A DNA stretch of 29,870 nt from Planctomycetia bacterium (GTDB taxonomy: Bacteria; Planctomycetota; Planctomycetia; Pirellulales; UBA1268), in NCBI GenBank assembly GCA_046094745.1, contig JBJTHX010000145.1, forward strand, positions 1 to 29,870, in the 5' to 3' direction. The translations under genes were made by a program, and so were the position numbers. The notes beneath the pieces are model-generated. The model was given only the letters and a program-made list of their open reading frames with translations, was not told where the DNA came from and made no database searches. Position 1 is the first letter of the stretch, and each line of letters opens with the position of its first letter. Below, in pieces: positions 18,295 through 27,416 of the stretch.

Positions 18295-20379
18295 ATGACG
18301 ACTCCCGCAGACCTCCTGGCGCCCGGCGGGCGGCTCGCGGCCCGCCTCGCCGGCTGGGAGTCGCGGCCGCAGCAGCTGGCGATGGCCGAGCTGGTCGCCC
18401 GGGCGATCGCCGAGCGGCGGCATGCGCTCGTCGAGGCCGGCACGGGCGTGGGCAAGAGCCTGGCGTACCTCGTGCCGGCGATCCTCGCGGCCACCGCCGA
18501 CCAGAACGAGGCCATGGCGGCGCCGGCCGAGCACGAGTGGGACGACGAGCCGCCGCCGGCCGGCCGCGGCCGCTCCCGCCGCATCGTCGTCTCCACGCAT
18601 ACCATCGCGCTGCAGGAGCAGTTGCTCACCAAGGACATTCCGCTCGTGGCGGCGGTCATGCCACGGGAGTTCTCCGCCGTGCTCGTCAAAGGCCGCGGCA
18701 ACTACGTGAGCCTGCGGCGGCTGGCGCTGGCCGTCGAGCGGTCGGGCAGCCTGTTTCCCGCCGAGGCCGAGCGGGCGGAATTGCTCGCGCTCGCCTCCTG
18801 GGCACGGACCAGCGGCGATGGCTCGCTCGCCGACCTGCCGGCGACGCCGACTGTGGCGGTGTGGGACGAGGTGGCCAGCGACTCGGGCAACTGCATGGGC
18901 CGTGGCTGCCCCACCCACCAGCAGTGCTTCTACTACGCGGCGCGGCGGCGGATGGCGAACGCCCAGGTGCTCGTCGTCAACCACGCGCTGTTCTTCGCCG
19001 ACCTGGCCCTGCGGCGGGCGGGCGCGAGCCTGCTGCCGGCCCACGACATCGTGATCTTCGACGAGGCCCACATGGTCGAGAGCGTCGCCAGCGAGCAGCT
19101 CGGCGTCGGGGTGTCCAGCGGCGGCGTGGAGCGGGTGCTCGCGAAGCTCGCCAGCGACCGCGGCCACCGCGGCCTGCTGGCCCACTATCGGATGCACGAC
19201 CTCGAGGGCGACGTGCGCCGCTGCCGCCGGGCGGCCGAGGCGTTCTTCGCGGGCGTCAAGGAGGCGGTCGCGGACGCCGGCGAACCGCCCTGGCGGGTGG
19301 CGGCGGCCGGGCTCGTCGCCGACTCGCTGGGGGAGCCGCTTGCGGCCCTCGCCCGGAAGCTGCGGGCGGCCGCCGAGGGGCTCGCCGCCGACTCCGAGCG
19401 GCACGACCTCGCGTCGCTCGCCGATCGGCTCAAGGCGCTGGCGGCGGCGATCGACACCTGGCTCCACCAGCGGGAGCCGGGGAGCGTGTGGTGGGTCGAG
19501 GCCACGCGGTCGCGACGCGGCCGCGAACGGATCAGGCTCGCCAGCGCGCCGATCGACGTCGGGGAGACGCTCCGCCGCGAGCTCTTCGCGCGGGTGCCGA
19601 CGGTGATTCTCTCGAGCGCCACGCTCGCGGTCGATGTGCCGGCCCGGCGGCACCCCGACGCGGAGGACGGCGGGACCGACCCCTTTCACTACGTGCGGAC
19701 GAGGCTCGGCGTCGGCCCCACGGCGCCGGGCCTGCGGCTCGGCAGCCCGTTCGACTACGCCCGGCAGGCCCGGCTGATCCTCGTCGATCGGCTGCCCGAC
19801 CCGGCGGACCGCGACGCATACGACAGCGCCGTGGTGGGCATGGTCCGCCGGCATGTCGCCCGCAGCGCAGGGCGGGCGCTGGTGCTGTTCACGAGCCATG
19901 CCGCGCTCGCCCGGGCCACCGAGGAGCTCCGCGGCTGGTGCGTGCGGCGGAACTACCGCCTCGTGAGCCAGGCCGACGGCCTGCCGCGGTCGCGGATGCT
20001 CGAGGAGTTCCGCGCGGGCCCGGCGGGCGTGCTCCTGGGCACCGACGGCTTCTGGCAGGGGATCGACCTGCCCGGCGACTGCCTCGTGAACGTGATCATC
20101 ACGAAGCTGCCCTTCGCCGTGCCTGACCGGCCGCTGGTGGCGGCGCGGATCGAGGACATCCAGGCGGCGGGCGGCAACGCGTTCGCCGAGTACCAGCTCC
20201 CCGAGGCGGTGCTCAAGCTCAAGCAGGGCTTCGGCCGGCTGATCCGCACCGCCAGCGACAGCGGCACGGTCGTGATCCTCGATCCGCGGATGCTCACGAA
20301 GCCCTACAGAAGGGTGTTCCTCGACAGCCTGCCGCCGGCGCTCGTCGAGATCGAGCCGTTCGCGGTGGAGTCCGCCTGA
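18295..20379 (+). CDS. dinG: DinG/YoaA-family SF2 ATP-dependent DNA helicase
   Basis: Q motif RPQQ, Walker A EAGTGVGKS, STHTIALQEQL, DEAH, SATL, ALVLFTS, GIDLPG, KLPF and motif VI QGFGRLIRT. Confidence 0.93.
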   Translation: MTTPADLLAPGGRLAARLAGWESRPQQLAMAELVARAIAERRHALVEAGTGVGKSLAYLVPAILAATADQNEAMAAPAEHEWDDEPPPAGRGRSRRIVVSTHTIALQEQLLTKDIPLVAAVMPREFSAVLVKGRGNYVSLRRLALAVERSGSLFPAEAERAELLALASWARTSGDGSLADLPATPTVAVWDEVASDSGNCMGRGCPTHQQCFYYAARRRMANAQVLVVNHALFFADLALRRAGASLLPAHDIVIFDEAHMVESVASEQLGVGVSSGGVERVLAKLASDRGHRGLLAHYRMHDLEGDVRRCRRAAEAFFAGVKEAVADAGEPPWRVAAAGLVADSLGEPLAALARKLRAAAEGLAADSERHDLASLADRLKALAAAIDTWLHQREPGSVWWVEATRSRRGRERIRLASAPIDVGETLRRELFARVPTVILSSATLAVDVPARRHPDAEDGGTDPFHYVRTRLGVGPTAPGLRLGSPFDYARQARLILVDRLPDPADRDAYDSAVVGMVRRHVARSAGRALVLFTSHAALARATEELRGWCVRRNYRLVSQADGLPRSRMLEEFRAGPAGVLLGTDGFWQGIDLPGDCLVNVIITKLPFAVPDRPLVAARIEDIQAAGGNAFAEYQLPEAVLKLKQGFGRLIRTASDSGTVVILDPRMLTKPYRRVFLDSLPPALVEIEPFAVESA

Positions 20380-20466
20380 GGCCGCGGCGGGCGGCCGCGC
20401 TTGTGGCGGGGCTGCGGCGATCCATAATCCAGTTGCGTCCGGTCCGCCGCCCGCATCGAGGGTTCC

Positions 20467-21213
20467 ATGCATCGCCCGTTGTCGATCGTCGCCTGCGCCA
20501 TCGCGTGCGTCGCCTCCGGCCTGCTGGCGGCCGAGCCTGCGGCGCGGCCGGCCGAGGCCACGTGGCAGAGCCTGTTCAACGGCCGCAACCTCGAGGGCTG
20601 GGATGGTGATCGGCGGCTGTGGAGCGTCCGGGACGGCGTCATCCATGGCGAGACCACGCCAGACCTGCGGGCCGAGGGCAACACGTTCCTCATCCGACAG
20701 GGGCTCGTGCTCGAGGACTTCGAGCTCACGCTCTCGTTTCGCTGCACCGCCGCCAACAACTCCGGCATCCAGTACCGCTCGCGCCACATCGCCGACCAGG
20801 CGGCCAAGCCGGCCAACGCCTGGGTGGTCCGCGGTTACCAACACGAGTTGCGGAACGAGGCGCGGCTGCCGGACGTGGCGGGGTTCATCTACGACGAGGG
20901 CGGGAAGCGGGGCCGGATCTGCCTGGTCGGCGAGCGGGCGGAGTGGGTCGACGGCGCGAAACGGGTGACGGGCGAGTTGATCGACGCGGCGGGCTATGCC
21001 CGCCTCTTCAAGCTCGACGACTGGAACGAGGTGCGGATCGTCGCCGCTGGGCGGCGGATCCGGCACTTCATGAACGGCACGCTGACGCTCGACTTCACCG
21101 ATGGGGAGGACGTCGCACTGCGGCGAGGCATCCTCGCCCTACAGCTCCACGCCGGCGCCCCCATGTGGGCGGAGTTCAAGGACATCGCCGTGCGGCCCAT
21201 CGCCGCCGAGTGA
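20467..21213 (+). CDS. Secreted DUF1080 (3-keto-disaccharide hydrolase-like) protein
   Basis: Signal peptide, then SLFNGRNLEGWDG, DFEL, NSGIQYRS, GYQ.E, DDWNEVRI, GILALQLHAG and EFKDIAV. Confidence 0.9.
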   Translation: MHRPLSIVACAIACVASGLLAAEPAARPAEATWQSLFNGRNLEGWDGDRRLWSVRDGVIHGETTPDLRAEGNTFLIRQGLVLEDFELTLSFRCTAANNSGIQYRSRHIADQAAKPANAWVVRGYQHELRNEARLPDVAGFIYDEGGKRGRICLVGERAEWVDGAKRVTGELIDAAGYARLFKLDDWNEVRIVAAGRRIRHFMNGTLTLDFTDGEDVALRRGILALQLHAGAPMWAEFKDIAVRPIAAE

Positions 21214-21242
21214 GCCCCGGCCCGCTCACGCAGGATGCGCCC

Positions 21243-22700
21243 ATGCGACCCTTCGACTGGCTCATCATCGCTCTCTACGCGGTGGTCATGATCGGCGTCG
21301 GCCGCTACTACTCCCGCCGCACCGAGACGGTCGACGATTACCTGCTCGGCGGCCGACGCATGAGCCCGTTCATGATCGGCGTTTCGCTGTTCGCGACGAT
21401 CACGAGCACGCTCTCCTACCTCGCCGTACCGGGCGAGATCGTCAAGAACGGGCCGATGATCCTCGCCCAGGGGGCCGCCTTTCCGCTGATCTGGGTCGTG
21501 GTCGGCTGGTGGCTGATTCCCGCCATCATGCGGCAGCGGGACGTGACGAGCGGCTACGAGTTGCTCGAGCGGCGGCTCGGCCGCACCGGGCGGCTGATGG
21601 GGGCCGGCATGTTCATTGTCCTGCGGACGGTCTGGATGGCGTCGATCCTCTACGCCACCTGCGACAAGGTGATCGTGCCACTGTTCCACCTCGACCCCGC
21701 CTGGACGCCGTGGCTCTCGGTGGCGCTGGGGATCCTGACGATCGTCTACACGGCGGAGGGGGGCATGCGGGCGGTGGTCATGACCGACGCGCTCCAGTCG
21801 GTCGTGATGTTCGGCGGGGCGATCGTCACGATCCTTTTCGTGACGCGGGCGCTCGGCGGCGTCGGGGCCTGGTGGCCGAGCCACTGGGCGCCGCAGTGGC
21901 CGGAGCCGGTGTTCTGGTTCCGGTCCGACGTCCGCGTCACGTTCGCCGGGGCGTTCCTCAACATGCTCGTGTGGATGATCTGCACCTGCGGCTCGGACCA
22001 GATGGCGATCCAGCGGTACCTCTCGACCCGCGACGCCGCCGCGGCCCGGCGGTCGGTGGGCATCCATTTCACCGTGGACGTGGTGATGATGGCGCTGCTG
22101 GGCGCGGTGGGATTGGCGATCTTCGGCTACTTCACCGCGCGGCCCGAGGCCTTCGGCCCCGGGGCCTCGCCCGTGGCGTCGGCCGACGCGCTGTTTCCGC
22201 GGTTCGTGGAGGTCGTGCTGCCGGCCGGCCTTGGCGGCCTGGTGGTCGCGGCGATGCTCTCGGCCGCGATGTCGAGCCTCTCCTCCGGGATGAACTCCGC
22301 CAGCGCCGTTCTCGTCAGCGACTTCATGCCCCGGAGCCGGACCGGCACGGCCCACGGCCAGATCCGCCTCGCAAAACTGGCCTCCATCGGCGTCGGCGTG
22401 GTGGCGATCGCCCTGAGCATGGTGGTGCCGGCGTTGGCCTCGAACCTGATGGAACTGTGCATCAAGGTGGTGAACCTCCTGACGGCGCCGATCTTCGTGC
22501 TCTTCTTCCTCGCCCTGTTCGTCCCCTGGGCCACGCCGCTCGGTGGCGTGGTGGCGACGGCCGTCGGCGTCGCCGTGTCGGTGGGGATCGCATTCTTCAA
22601 GATCTTCGGCCTGGAGTTCCTGTGGATCACCCCGTGTGCGCTCGTCGCGGGCATCGCGGCGGGCCTGCTCGCGAGCCTCGTGACACCGGTCAGGCGGTGA
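21243..22700 (+). CDS. Sodium:solute symporter (SSS/SLC5) family transporter
   Basis: DYLLGGRRM, SLFATITSTLSYLAVPGE, YELLERRLG, GGMRAVVMTDALQ, DQMAIQRYL and AAMSSLSSGMNS; about 13 TM segments. Confidence 0.92.
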   Translation: MRPFDWLIIALYAVVMIGVGRYYSRRTETVDDYLLGGRRMSPFMIGVSLFATITSTLSYLAVPGEIVKNGPMILAQGAAFPLIWVVVGWWLIPAIMRQRDVTSGYELLERRLGRTGRLMGAGMFIVLRTVWMASILYATCDKVIVPLFHLDPAWTPWLSVALGILTIVYTAEGGMRAVVMTDALQSVVMFGGAIVTILFVTRALGGVGAWWPSHWAPQWPEPVFWFRSDVRVTFAGAFLNMLVWMICTCGSDQMAIQRYLSTRDAAAARRSVGIHFTVDVVMMALLGAVGLAIFGYFTARPEAFGPGASPVASADALFPRFVEVVLPAGLGGLVVAAMLSAAMSSLSSGMNSASAVLVSDFMPRSRTGTAHGQIRLAKLASIGVGVVAIALSMVVPALASNLMELCIKVVNLLTAPIFVLFFLALFVPWATPLGGVVATAVGVAVSVGIAFFKIFGLEFLWITPCALVAGIAAGLLASLVTPVRR

Positions 22701-23340
22701 GGAGCAACTCGGCCCAGGTCGTGGGGTCGCTGTCCCACGGGTATTCCGGCGGTGCGAAGCAGGGCACCCGGCCCAGCCGGCGATCGACGAGGGCGGCACA
22801 GAAGCCGAGCCGCGGGATCTCGGCGGGATCCCAGCCGGGTAACGCGGCCGCGGTGATGCAGGCGTCGATCCGCCAGCCATCGGCCTCGAGCTGAGACTCG
22901 ATCGTGATCGCGCCGGCGGGCAGTTCCGCCGGCAACTCGCTCGTCCGCGGGATCGCCGCGGCGACCGCGACCGGCTTGTCGGCCCGCGGCCCACCGCCGG
23001 TGGGCAACAGCGCCAGGCGGCGACAGAACCGGCCCGCGCGGTGGCTTTCGCCCGTCGGCCGCGTCGCGAGCCAGAGGTGCAGCCCATCGCTGTCCTCGGG
23101 CCGGGTCGGCTGGCACCAGCGGCTCGCGCCGACGCCCCGGGCCCGGGCCCGCACCGCCAGGCCGGTCTCGTTCCAGGCCAGCGCCAGTTCCAGGACGTCG
23201 GGCACGCCCACGACCGCAGCCAGGGAGGGCAGCCGGCAGTCCGGGTCGAGGTTCGCCGCGGGCGGCGGCCAGAGCTTCTCCCGGCGCCGGCAGGGAAACC
23301 GGAAGCGGAACAGGGCGGCGGGATTGACCAGTGGACTCAT
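22690..23340 (-). CDS. Conserved hypothetical beta-sandwich protein (CBM9/DOMON-like)
   Basis: Coherent ORF filling the gap between convergent and divergent neighbours. LELALAWNETGLAV, DSDGLHLWLATR, WRIDACIT and WDSDPTTWAEL resemble CBM9/DOMON-like folds. Fold assignment is tentative. Confidence 0.65.
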   Translation of the reverse strand: MSPLVNPAALFRFRFPCRRREKLWPPPAANLDPDCRLPSLAAVVGVPDVLELALAWNETGLAVRARARGVGASRWCQPTRPEDSDGLHLWLATRPTGESHRAGRFCRRLALLPTGGGPRADKPVAVAAAIPRTSELPAELPAGAITIESQLEADGWRIDACITAAALPGWDPAEIPRLGFCAALVDRRLGRVPCFAPPEYPWDSDPTTWAELLLTA

Positions 23341-23414
23341 CGGAGGGCGCCTGAAACGCGGTTTATAGTTAGTAATGGTAGCAACGCCGCACCCCCCCTG
23401 GAGATCTGAACTCG

Positions 23415-24896
23415 ATGCGCGTGCTGGAAGTGGCCAGCGAGGCCGCGCCCTTCGCGAAGACCGGTGGCCTCGCCGACGTGGCCGGCGCCCTCCCCGAGGC
23501 GCTCTGCCGGCTGGGCTGCGACGTCACGCTCGTGATCCCCGCCCACCGCGAGGTGTTTGCCAAGGGCCTGCCGATCGAGCCCACGGGCATCGAGTTCGAG
23601 GTGCCGATCGGGACACGGCGCTCGGTGGCCAGGATCCTCCGCTGCCGCCGGCCCGGGACGCGGGCCACCGTGCTGCTGGTGGCCAACGACGACTACTACG
23701 ACCGTCCCACGCTCTACGGCGGCGCCGCGGATTACCCCGACAACGCGGAGCGGTTCATCTTCTTTGCGCGGGCCGCGCTGGAGGTGGCCTGCCGCCAGGA
23801 GCGGCCCTTCGACATCGTTCACTGCCACGATTGGCAGACGGGCCTCGTGCCGGCCTACCAGAAACTGCTCTACGGGCAGGCGGCCGCCGTGGCGAACGCG
23901 CGCAGCGTGATGACGATCCACAACATGGCCTACCAGGGACTCTTCTGGCACTGGGACATGCTGCTCACCGGGCTGCACTGGAGATACTTCAACTGGCAGC
24001 AGATGGAGTTCTACAACCAGCTCAATCTGCTGAAGACCGGCATCGTGTTCGCCAACGCCGTGACCACGGTCAGTCCGACCTACGCCCGCGAGATCCAGCA
24101 GTCGCCCGGTGGCTGCGGCGTGGAGGGGCTGCTGGCCGCCCGTAGCGGCGCGGTCACCGGGATCGTCAACGGCATCGACACCGAGGCCTGGGATCCGGCC
24201 GCCGACCCGCACATTCCGCGGCCCTATGGCGAGGCGGACTTCGAGCAGGGCAAGTATGCGGCCCGGGTCGCCCTTGCCGCGCGACTCGGCCACGCGGCGC
24301 CCGACTCGCGGCCGCTGATCGCCTTCGTGGGCCGGCTCGTCGCCCAGAAGGGGGTCGAGATGCTGATCGAGATGCTGGGGCGGATGGCCGGCGGCGGCCG
24401 GGCGCACTTCGTGATCCTCGGCACCGGCAGCCCCGCCTTCGAGGATGCCCTCCGCCGGACGGCGGCGGCGTTTCCCGGCACGATCGACCTGCTCATCGGC
24501 TTCGACGAGGGCCTCGCCCACCTTGTGCAGGCGGCGGCCGACGTCACGCTCGTGCCGAGTCTGTTCGAGCCCTGCGGGCTGACGCAGCTCTACGCGCTGC
24601 GCTACGGCTCGATCCCGTTGGTGCGGGCCACCGGCGGCCTGGTCGACACGGTCGTCGACACCAACGCCGACACGCTCCGCGACGGCACCGCCAGCGGGTT
24701 CGTGTTCCAAGGCTGCGACGCCCATGCGCTGGAGCATGCGATGCATCGGGCGATCGACGCCCACGCCGATCGCGAACTGTGGCGCGGCCTCCTCCGCCGC
24801 GGCATGCGGCAGGACTGGTCGTGGGACTCGAGCGGCCGCGACTACCGGCGGCTCTTCGAGCGGGCGCTCGCCTCCCCGCCGGTCCCGGTGGACTGA
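23415..24896 (+). CDS. glgA: Glycogen synthase (GT5)
   Basis: KTGGLADV, HCHDWQTGL, TIHNMAYQG, TTVSPTYAREI, GIVNGID, EPCGLTQL and RATGGLVDTV. Confidence 0.97.
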   Translation: MRVLEVASEAAPFAKTGGLADVAGALPEALCRLGCDVTLVIPAHREVFAKGLPIEPTGIEFEVPIGTRRSVARILRCRRPGTRATVLLVANDDYYDRPTLYGGAADYPDNAERFIFFARAALEVACRQERPFDIVHCHDWQTGLVPAYQKLLYGQAAAVANARSVMTIHNMAYQGLFWHWDMLLTGLHWRYFNWQQMEFYNQLNLLKTGIVFANAVTTVSPTYAREIQQSPGGCGVEGLLAARSGAVTGIVNGIDTEAWDPAADPHIPRPYGEADFEQGKYAARVALAARLGHAAPDSRPLIAFVGRLVAQKGVEMLIEMLGRMAGGGRAHFVILGTGSPAFEDALRRTAAAFPGTIDLLIGFDEGLAHLVQAAADVTLVPSLFEPCGLTQLYALRYGSIPLVRATGGLVDTVVDTNADTLRDGTASGFVFQGCDAHALEHAMHRAIDAHADRELWRGLLRRGMRQDWSWDSSGRDYRRLFERALASPPVPVD

Positions 24897-24915
24897 CGTC
24901 CCGGCCGGCCGCCGC

Positions 24916-24937
24916 AGCCGCGGCCTTCCGCGGCTTT
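24916..24937 (+). terminator. Possible intrinsic terminator after glgA
   Basis: 8-bp stem AGCCGCGG / CCGCGGCT with a CCTT loop, starting 20 nt after the stop; the U-tract is short. Confidence 0.4.
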
Positions 24938-25035
24938 CGCAGACTGCCCCGTCACCCGCTCCCGGGCCCGGAACCGGATTTTTTCCGGCCCGGCCCCGCC
25001 GCGATGGCCGATAGACCAGCCGGGAGGAGACACCT

Positions 25036-25380
25036 ATGGCCGGACGCATCCTGGCACCGCTCATCGTGACAGCGTGTGGACTCGTGGCCGCGGTCGCAGA
25101 CGCAGGTGGTCACGCATGCCGTGGGACCGCGGGTGGCATGATGACGCCGTGTGGTGATACCGGCTGCGGGCCGCGGTACTGCGGCGAGAAGCACGAGCCG
25201 AGCCGACCCGATCCCTGCGACGCCTGCAACCGGTGGCGGGGCTGCAACGGGGCCCGCGAACTGCCCGACACGCTGGCGCCGTGGCAGCTGCCGCCGGGCC
25301 GGGGCTTTCAGTCCCCGCAGGCGGTCGGCTACCGCTCCGGCCCCTGTCGCGCCTGCGGCCCGTCAGGCCTCGGGCGGTGA
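25036..25380 (+). CDS. Small secreted Cys/Gly-rich protein (114 aa)
   Basis: Strong SD GGAGGAG before ATG; signal-peptide-like N-terminus; 10 Cys including two CxxC motifs (CDAC, CRAC). Confidence 0.75.
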   Translation: MAGRILAPLIVTACGLVAAVADAGGHACRGTAGGMMTPCGDTGCGPRYCGEKHEPSRPDPCDACNRWRGCNGARELPDTLAPWQLPPGRGFQSPQAVGYRSGPCRACGPSGLGR

Positions 25381-26574
25381 TGTGTCGGCGGCCAGCGTCG
25401 CCGCGAACGTGATCAGGTCGCCCCGGTCGATGCAGGCCTGCCGCAGCGTCTCCCACGCACCCGAGGCGGCAGCCAGTTCGACGAGCGACGGCAGCAGGCC
25501 CGCCGCCGCGAGCGTGCTCGGCATGCCGTGATCGGCGGGTCGGCCCAGGGCCGCGTGCAGGGCCTCGTCCGGCCGGCCGAGCCGCACGAGCAGGAGCACG
25601 AGCGTGTCGCAGGGCAGGGTGCCGGCCGACTCTTCGGCGGCCGCCGCGGCGTGGCGGAAGAACCGCACGGCCTGTTCCACGTCGCGGCCCAGCAGCGCGC
25701 CGAAGAACAGCCGCGAGGCCGCCGCGACCTCCACGAACGGCGGCTCACCCGGGTAGACGACCTCCGCGGGCAGCCGGCAGCCGTACGACGCCAGCTCCCA
25801 CGCCCGCCGGATCGACCGCTCGTCGTCGCAGACCCGCGCGATCCGCAGCACCGACTGCAGGTGCGACACGTCGATGTGGACGCTCGGGTCGGCGGTCAGG
25901 CCGCCGGCCGTGGCCAGCAGGTCCGTGATCGATCCGGGCTCCGCGGGCACCGTTGCCCCCCGGCCCTCCAGGTCGGCCGCGAGGTTCGTGAGCAACTCCC
26001 GGTGCAGGGGGGCGACGAGCACATCCGCTGCGGGCCGCTGCCGCGCCGCCGGGAGCCGCGAGACCGCCTGCTCATAGGCCGTGGTCGCGTTGCAGGTGCC
26101 TTGCGTGCGAAGCACGAGGCCGATGCCGAGCGCCGGATCGACGCCCTCCCAGAGCGCGAGGCCGATGATCTCCTCGAGCCGGCGGGCCGTGGCCTCGTCG
26201 TCGGGATCGGCGGCCGAGTCCCGCGCCGCCAGCGCCTCGAGCCGGGGGGCGAGCTCGCCCGGCTCGGCCGCGGCCCGCAGATACATCCAGGCCGCGGCGA
26301 CCTGCCCCTCCTCGAGGAGTGGCCAGCCCGCTGCACGGCAGGCGGCGAGCGTACGCTCGTCGAGTTGCTCGCGCACGGTCGACGGCACGTCGCCAAGCGG
26401 GCCCGCGGGCGGCAGGCCGAGGGCGATCCGCGCCTGCAGCATCCGGGCGTCGAAGACCGCATGCCAGCGCCGCGCCGCGGCGAGGTCGGCGGCGAGTTCC
26501 TCGAGCATCGCTGCGGGCCCTGCCGAGGCACACGTGCGGCGCAACCGTGCGAACTCGTCGGGCAGGTCGCTCAT
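25363..26574 (-). CDS. Conserved hypothetical alpha-helical protein (403 aa)
   Basis: MSDLPDEF... Its ATG overlaps the TrmH-family stop (ATGA). Motifs such as WPLLEEGQVAAAWMYLR and VHIDVSHLQSVLRIAR look protein-like; frame shared with track ORF 25363-27867. Confidence 0.75.
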   Translation of the reverse strand: MSDLPDEFARLRRTCASAGPAAMLEELAADLAAARRWHAVFDARMLQARIALGLPPAGPLGDVPSTVREQLDERTLAACRAAGWPLLEEGQVAAAWMYLRAAAEPGELAPRLEALAARDSAADPDDEATARRLEEIIGLALWEGVDPALGIGLVLRTQGTCNATTAYEQAVSRLPAARQRPAADVLVAPLHRELLTNLAADLEGRGATVPAEPGSITDLLATAGGLTADPSVHIDVSHLQSVLRIARVCDDERSIRRAWELASYGCRLPAEVVYPGEPPFVEVAAASRLFFGALLGRDVEQAVRFFRHAAAAAEESAGTLPCDTLVLLLVRLGRPDEALHAALGRPADHGMPSTLAAAGLLPSLVELAAASGAWETLRQACIDRGDLITFAATLAADTSPPEA

Positions 26575-27416
26575 CGGCGGCGCTCCGTCTGCCGCACGGC
26601 CTCGTACGCGAGCACGGCGGCCGTGGCGGAGAGGTTGAGGCTGTCGGCGACGCCGCGCATCGGCAGGCTGACGGTCTCGAGCGCGATCCGACCCGCGGCG
26701 GCCGCCTCGTGCCAGGCCGGCGAGATGCCGTGGGCCTCGCTGCCGAAGAGCAGGGCCGTCGGGCCCGTGAGGTCGACGTCGTGCCAAGGACGGCCAACGG
26801 CGGGCGTCGCCGCCACGACGCGGCGGCCGTGGCGGCCGCACCAGGCGATCGACTCGGGAGTGTCCGCCACGGCGAGCGGCACGGCGAACACGGTGCCGAG
26901 GCTCGCGCGGATCACGGCCGGGTTCGCCGGGTCGGTGCGGCCGGAGCAGACGATCGCGCCGGCGAGGCCGGCGGCATCGACGGTCCGCAGGATCGCCCCG
27001 AGGTTGCCCGGCTTCTCGGCCCCCTCGACCACGACCACGGGCCGGTCGCCGGCGAACTCCCGCTCCCCGAGCGCTGGTGGCCGCCAGCGGACGACGCCCA
27101 CGAGCCCCTCGTCTCTCGCGCCGAACGCGAGCCGCTCGAACGGCCGTTCGGCCAGCAGCGTGATCCGGGTGCCGCGGTCCGCGAGGCCACTGAGCCAGGC
27201 GCCGAGCGACTCGCCGCCTGCGGGCGGACGGTCGAACAGGTCGGCGGCGAGGAAGAGATCGACGATCTCGACGCCCGCCGCCGCGGCCCGCGTGCACTCG
27301 CGGCGGCCGTCCACGAGCGTCAGGCCGGCCTCCCGGCGGGCGGCGGCCTCCCGGAGCGCGGCCGCGGCGCGGACCCGCGGATTTGTGGTGCTCGTGATGG
27401 TCTCGAAGTTGCTCAT
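26571..27416 (-). CDS. SpoU/TrmH-family (SPOUT) RNA 2'-O-methyltransferase
   Basis: ITSTTNPRVR, VEGAEKPGNLGAILRT, VIRASLGTVF, LLFGSEAHG and LPMRGVADSLNLSATAAVLAYE. Confidence 0.93.
   Translation of the reverse strand: MSNFETITSTTNPRVRAAAALREAAARREAGLTLVDGRRECTRAAAAGVEIVDLFLAADLFDRPPAGGESLGAWLSGLADRGTRITLLAERPFERLAFGARDEGLVGVVRWRPPALGEREFAGDRPVVVVEGAEKPGNLGAILRTVDAAGLAGAIVCSGRTDPANPAVIRASLGTVFAVPLAVADTPESIAWCGRHGRRVVAATPAVGRPWHDVDLTGPTALLFGSEAHGISPAWHEAAAAGRIALETVSLPMRGVADSLNLSATAAVLAYEAVRQTERRR

Noticed and set aside
16753-21066. 1437-aa reverse-strand ORF and many other long overlapping ORFs in the track (e.g. 3850-5781, 5803-8025, 7140-9476, 20994-23087, 25528-27483)
   Set aside because: Shadow ORFs of high-GC genes: Arg/Pro/Gly-rich, no recognisable motifs, and fully overlapping well-supported genes.
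24955-24995. CCGG-rich imperfect hairpin around GGATTTTTTCC upstream of the Cys-rich gene
   Set aside because: Could be promoter or terminator sequence, but I recognise no riboswitch or ncRNA motif.
26008-26010. Pro codon in LVAPLHREL within a G6 run, possibly another T>G miscall (His to Pro)
   Set aside because: A single site, with no alignment available to show that His is expected; noted only as consistent with the argH pattern.
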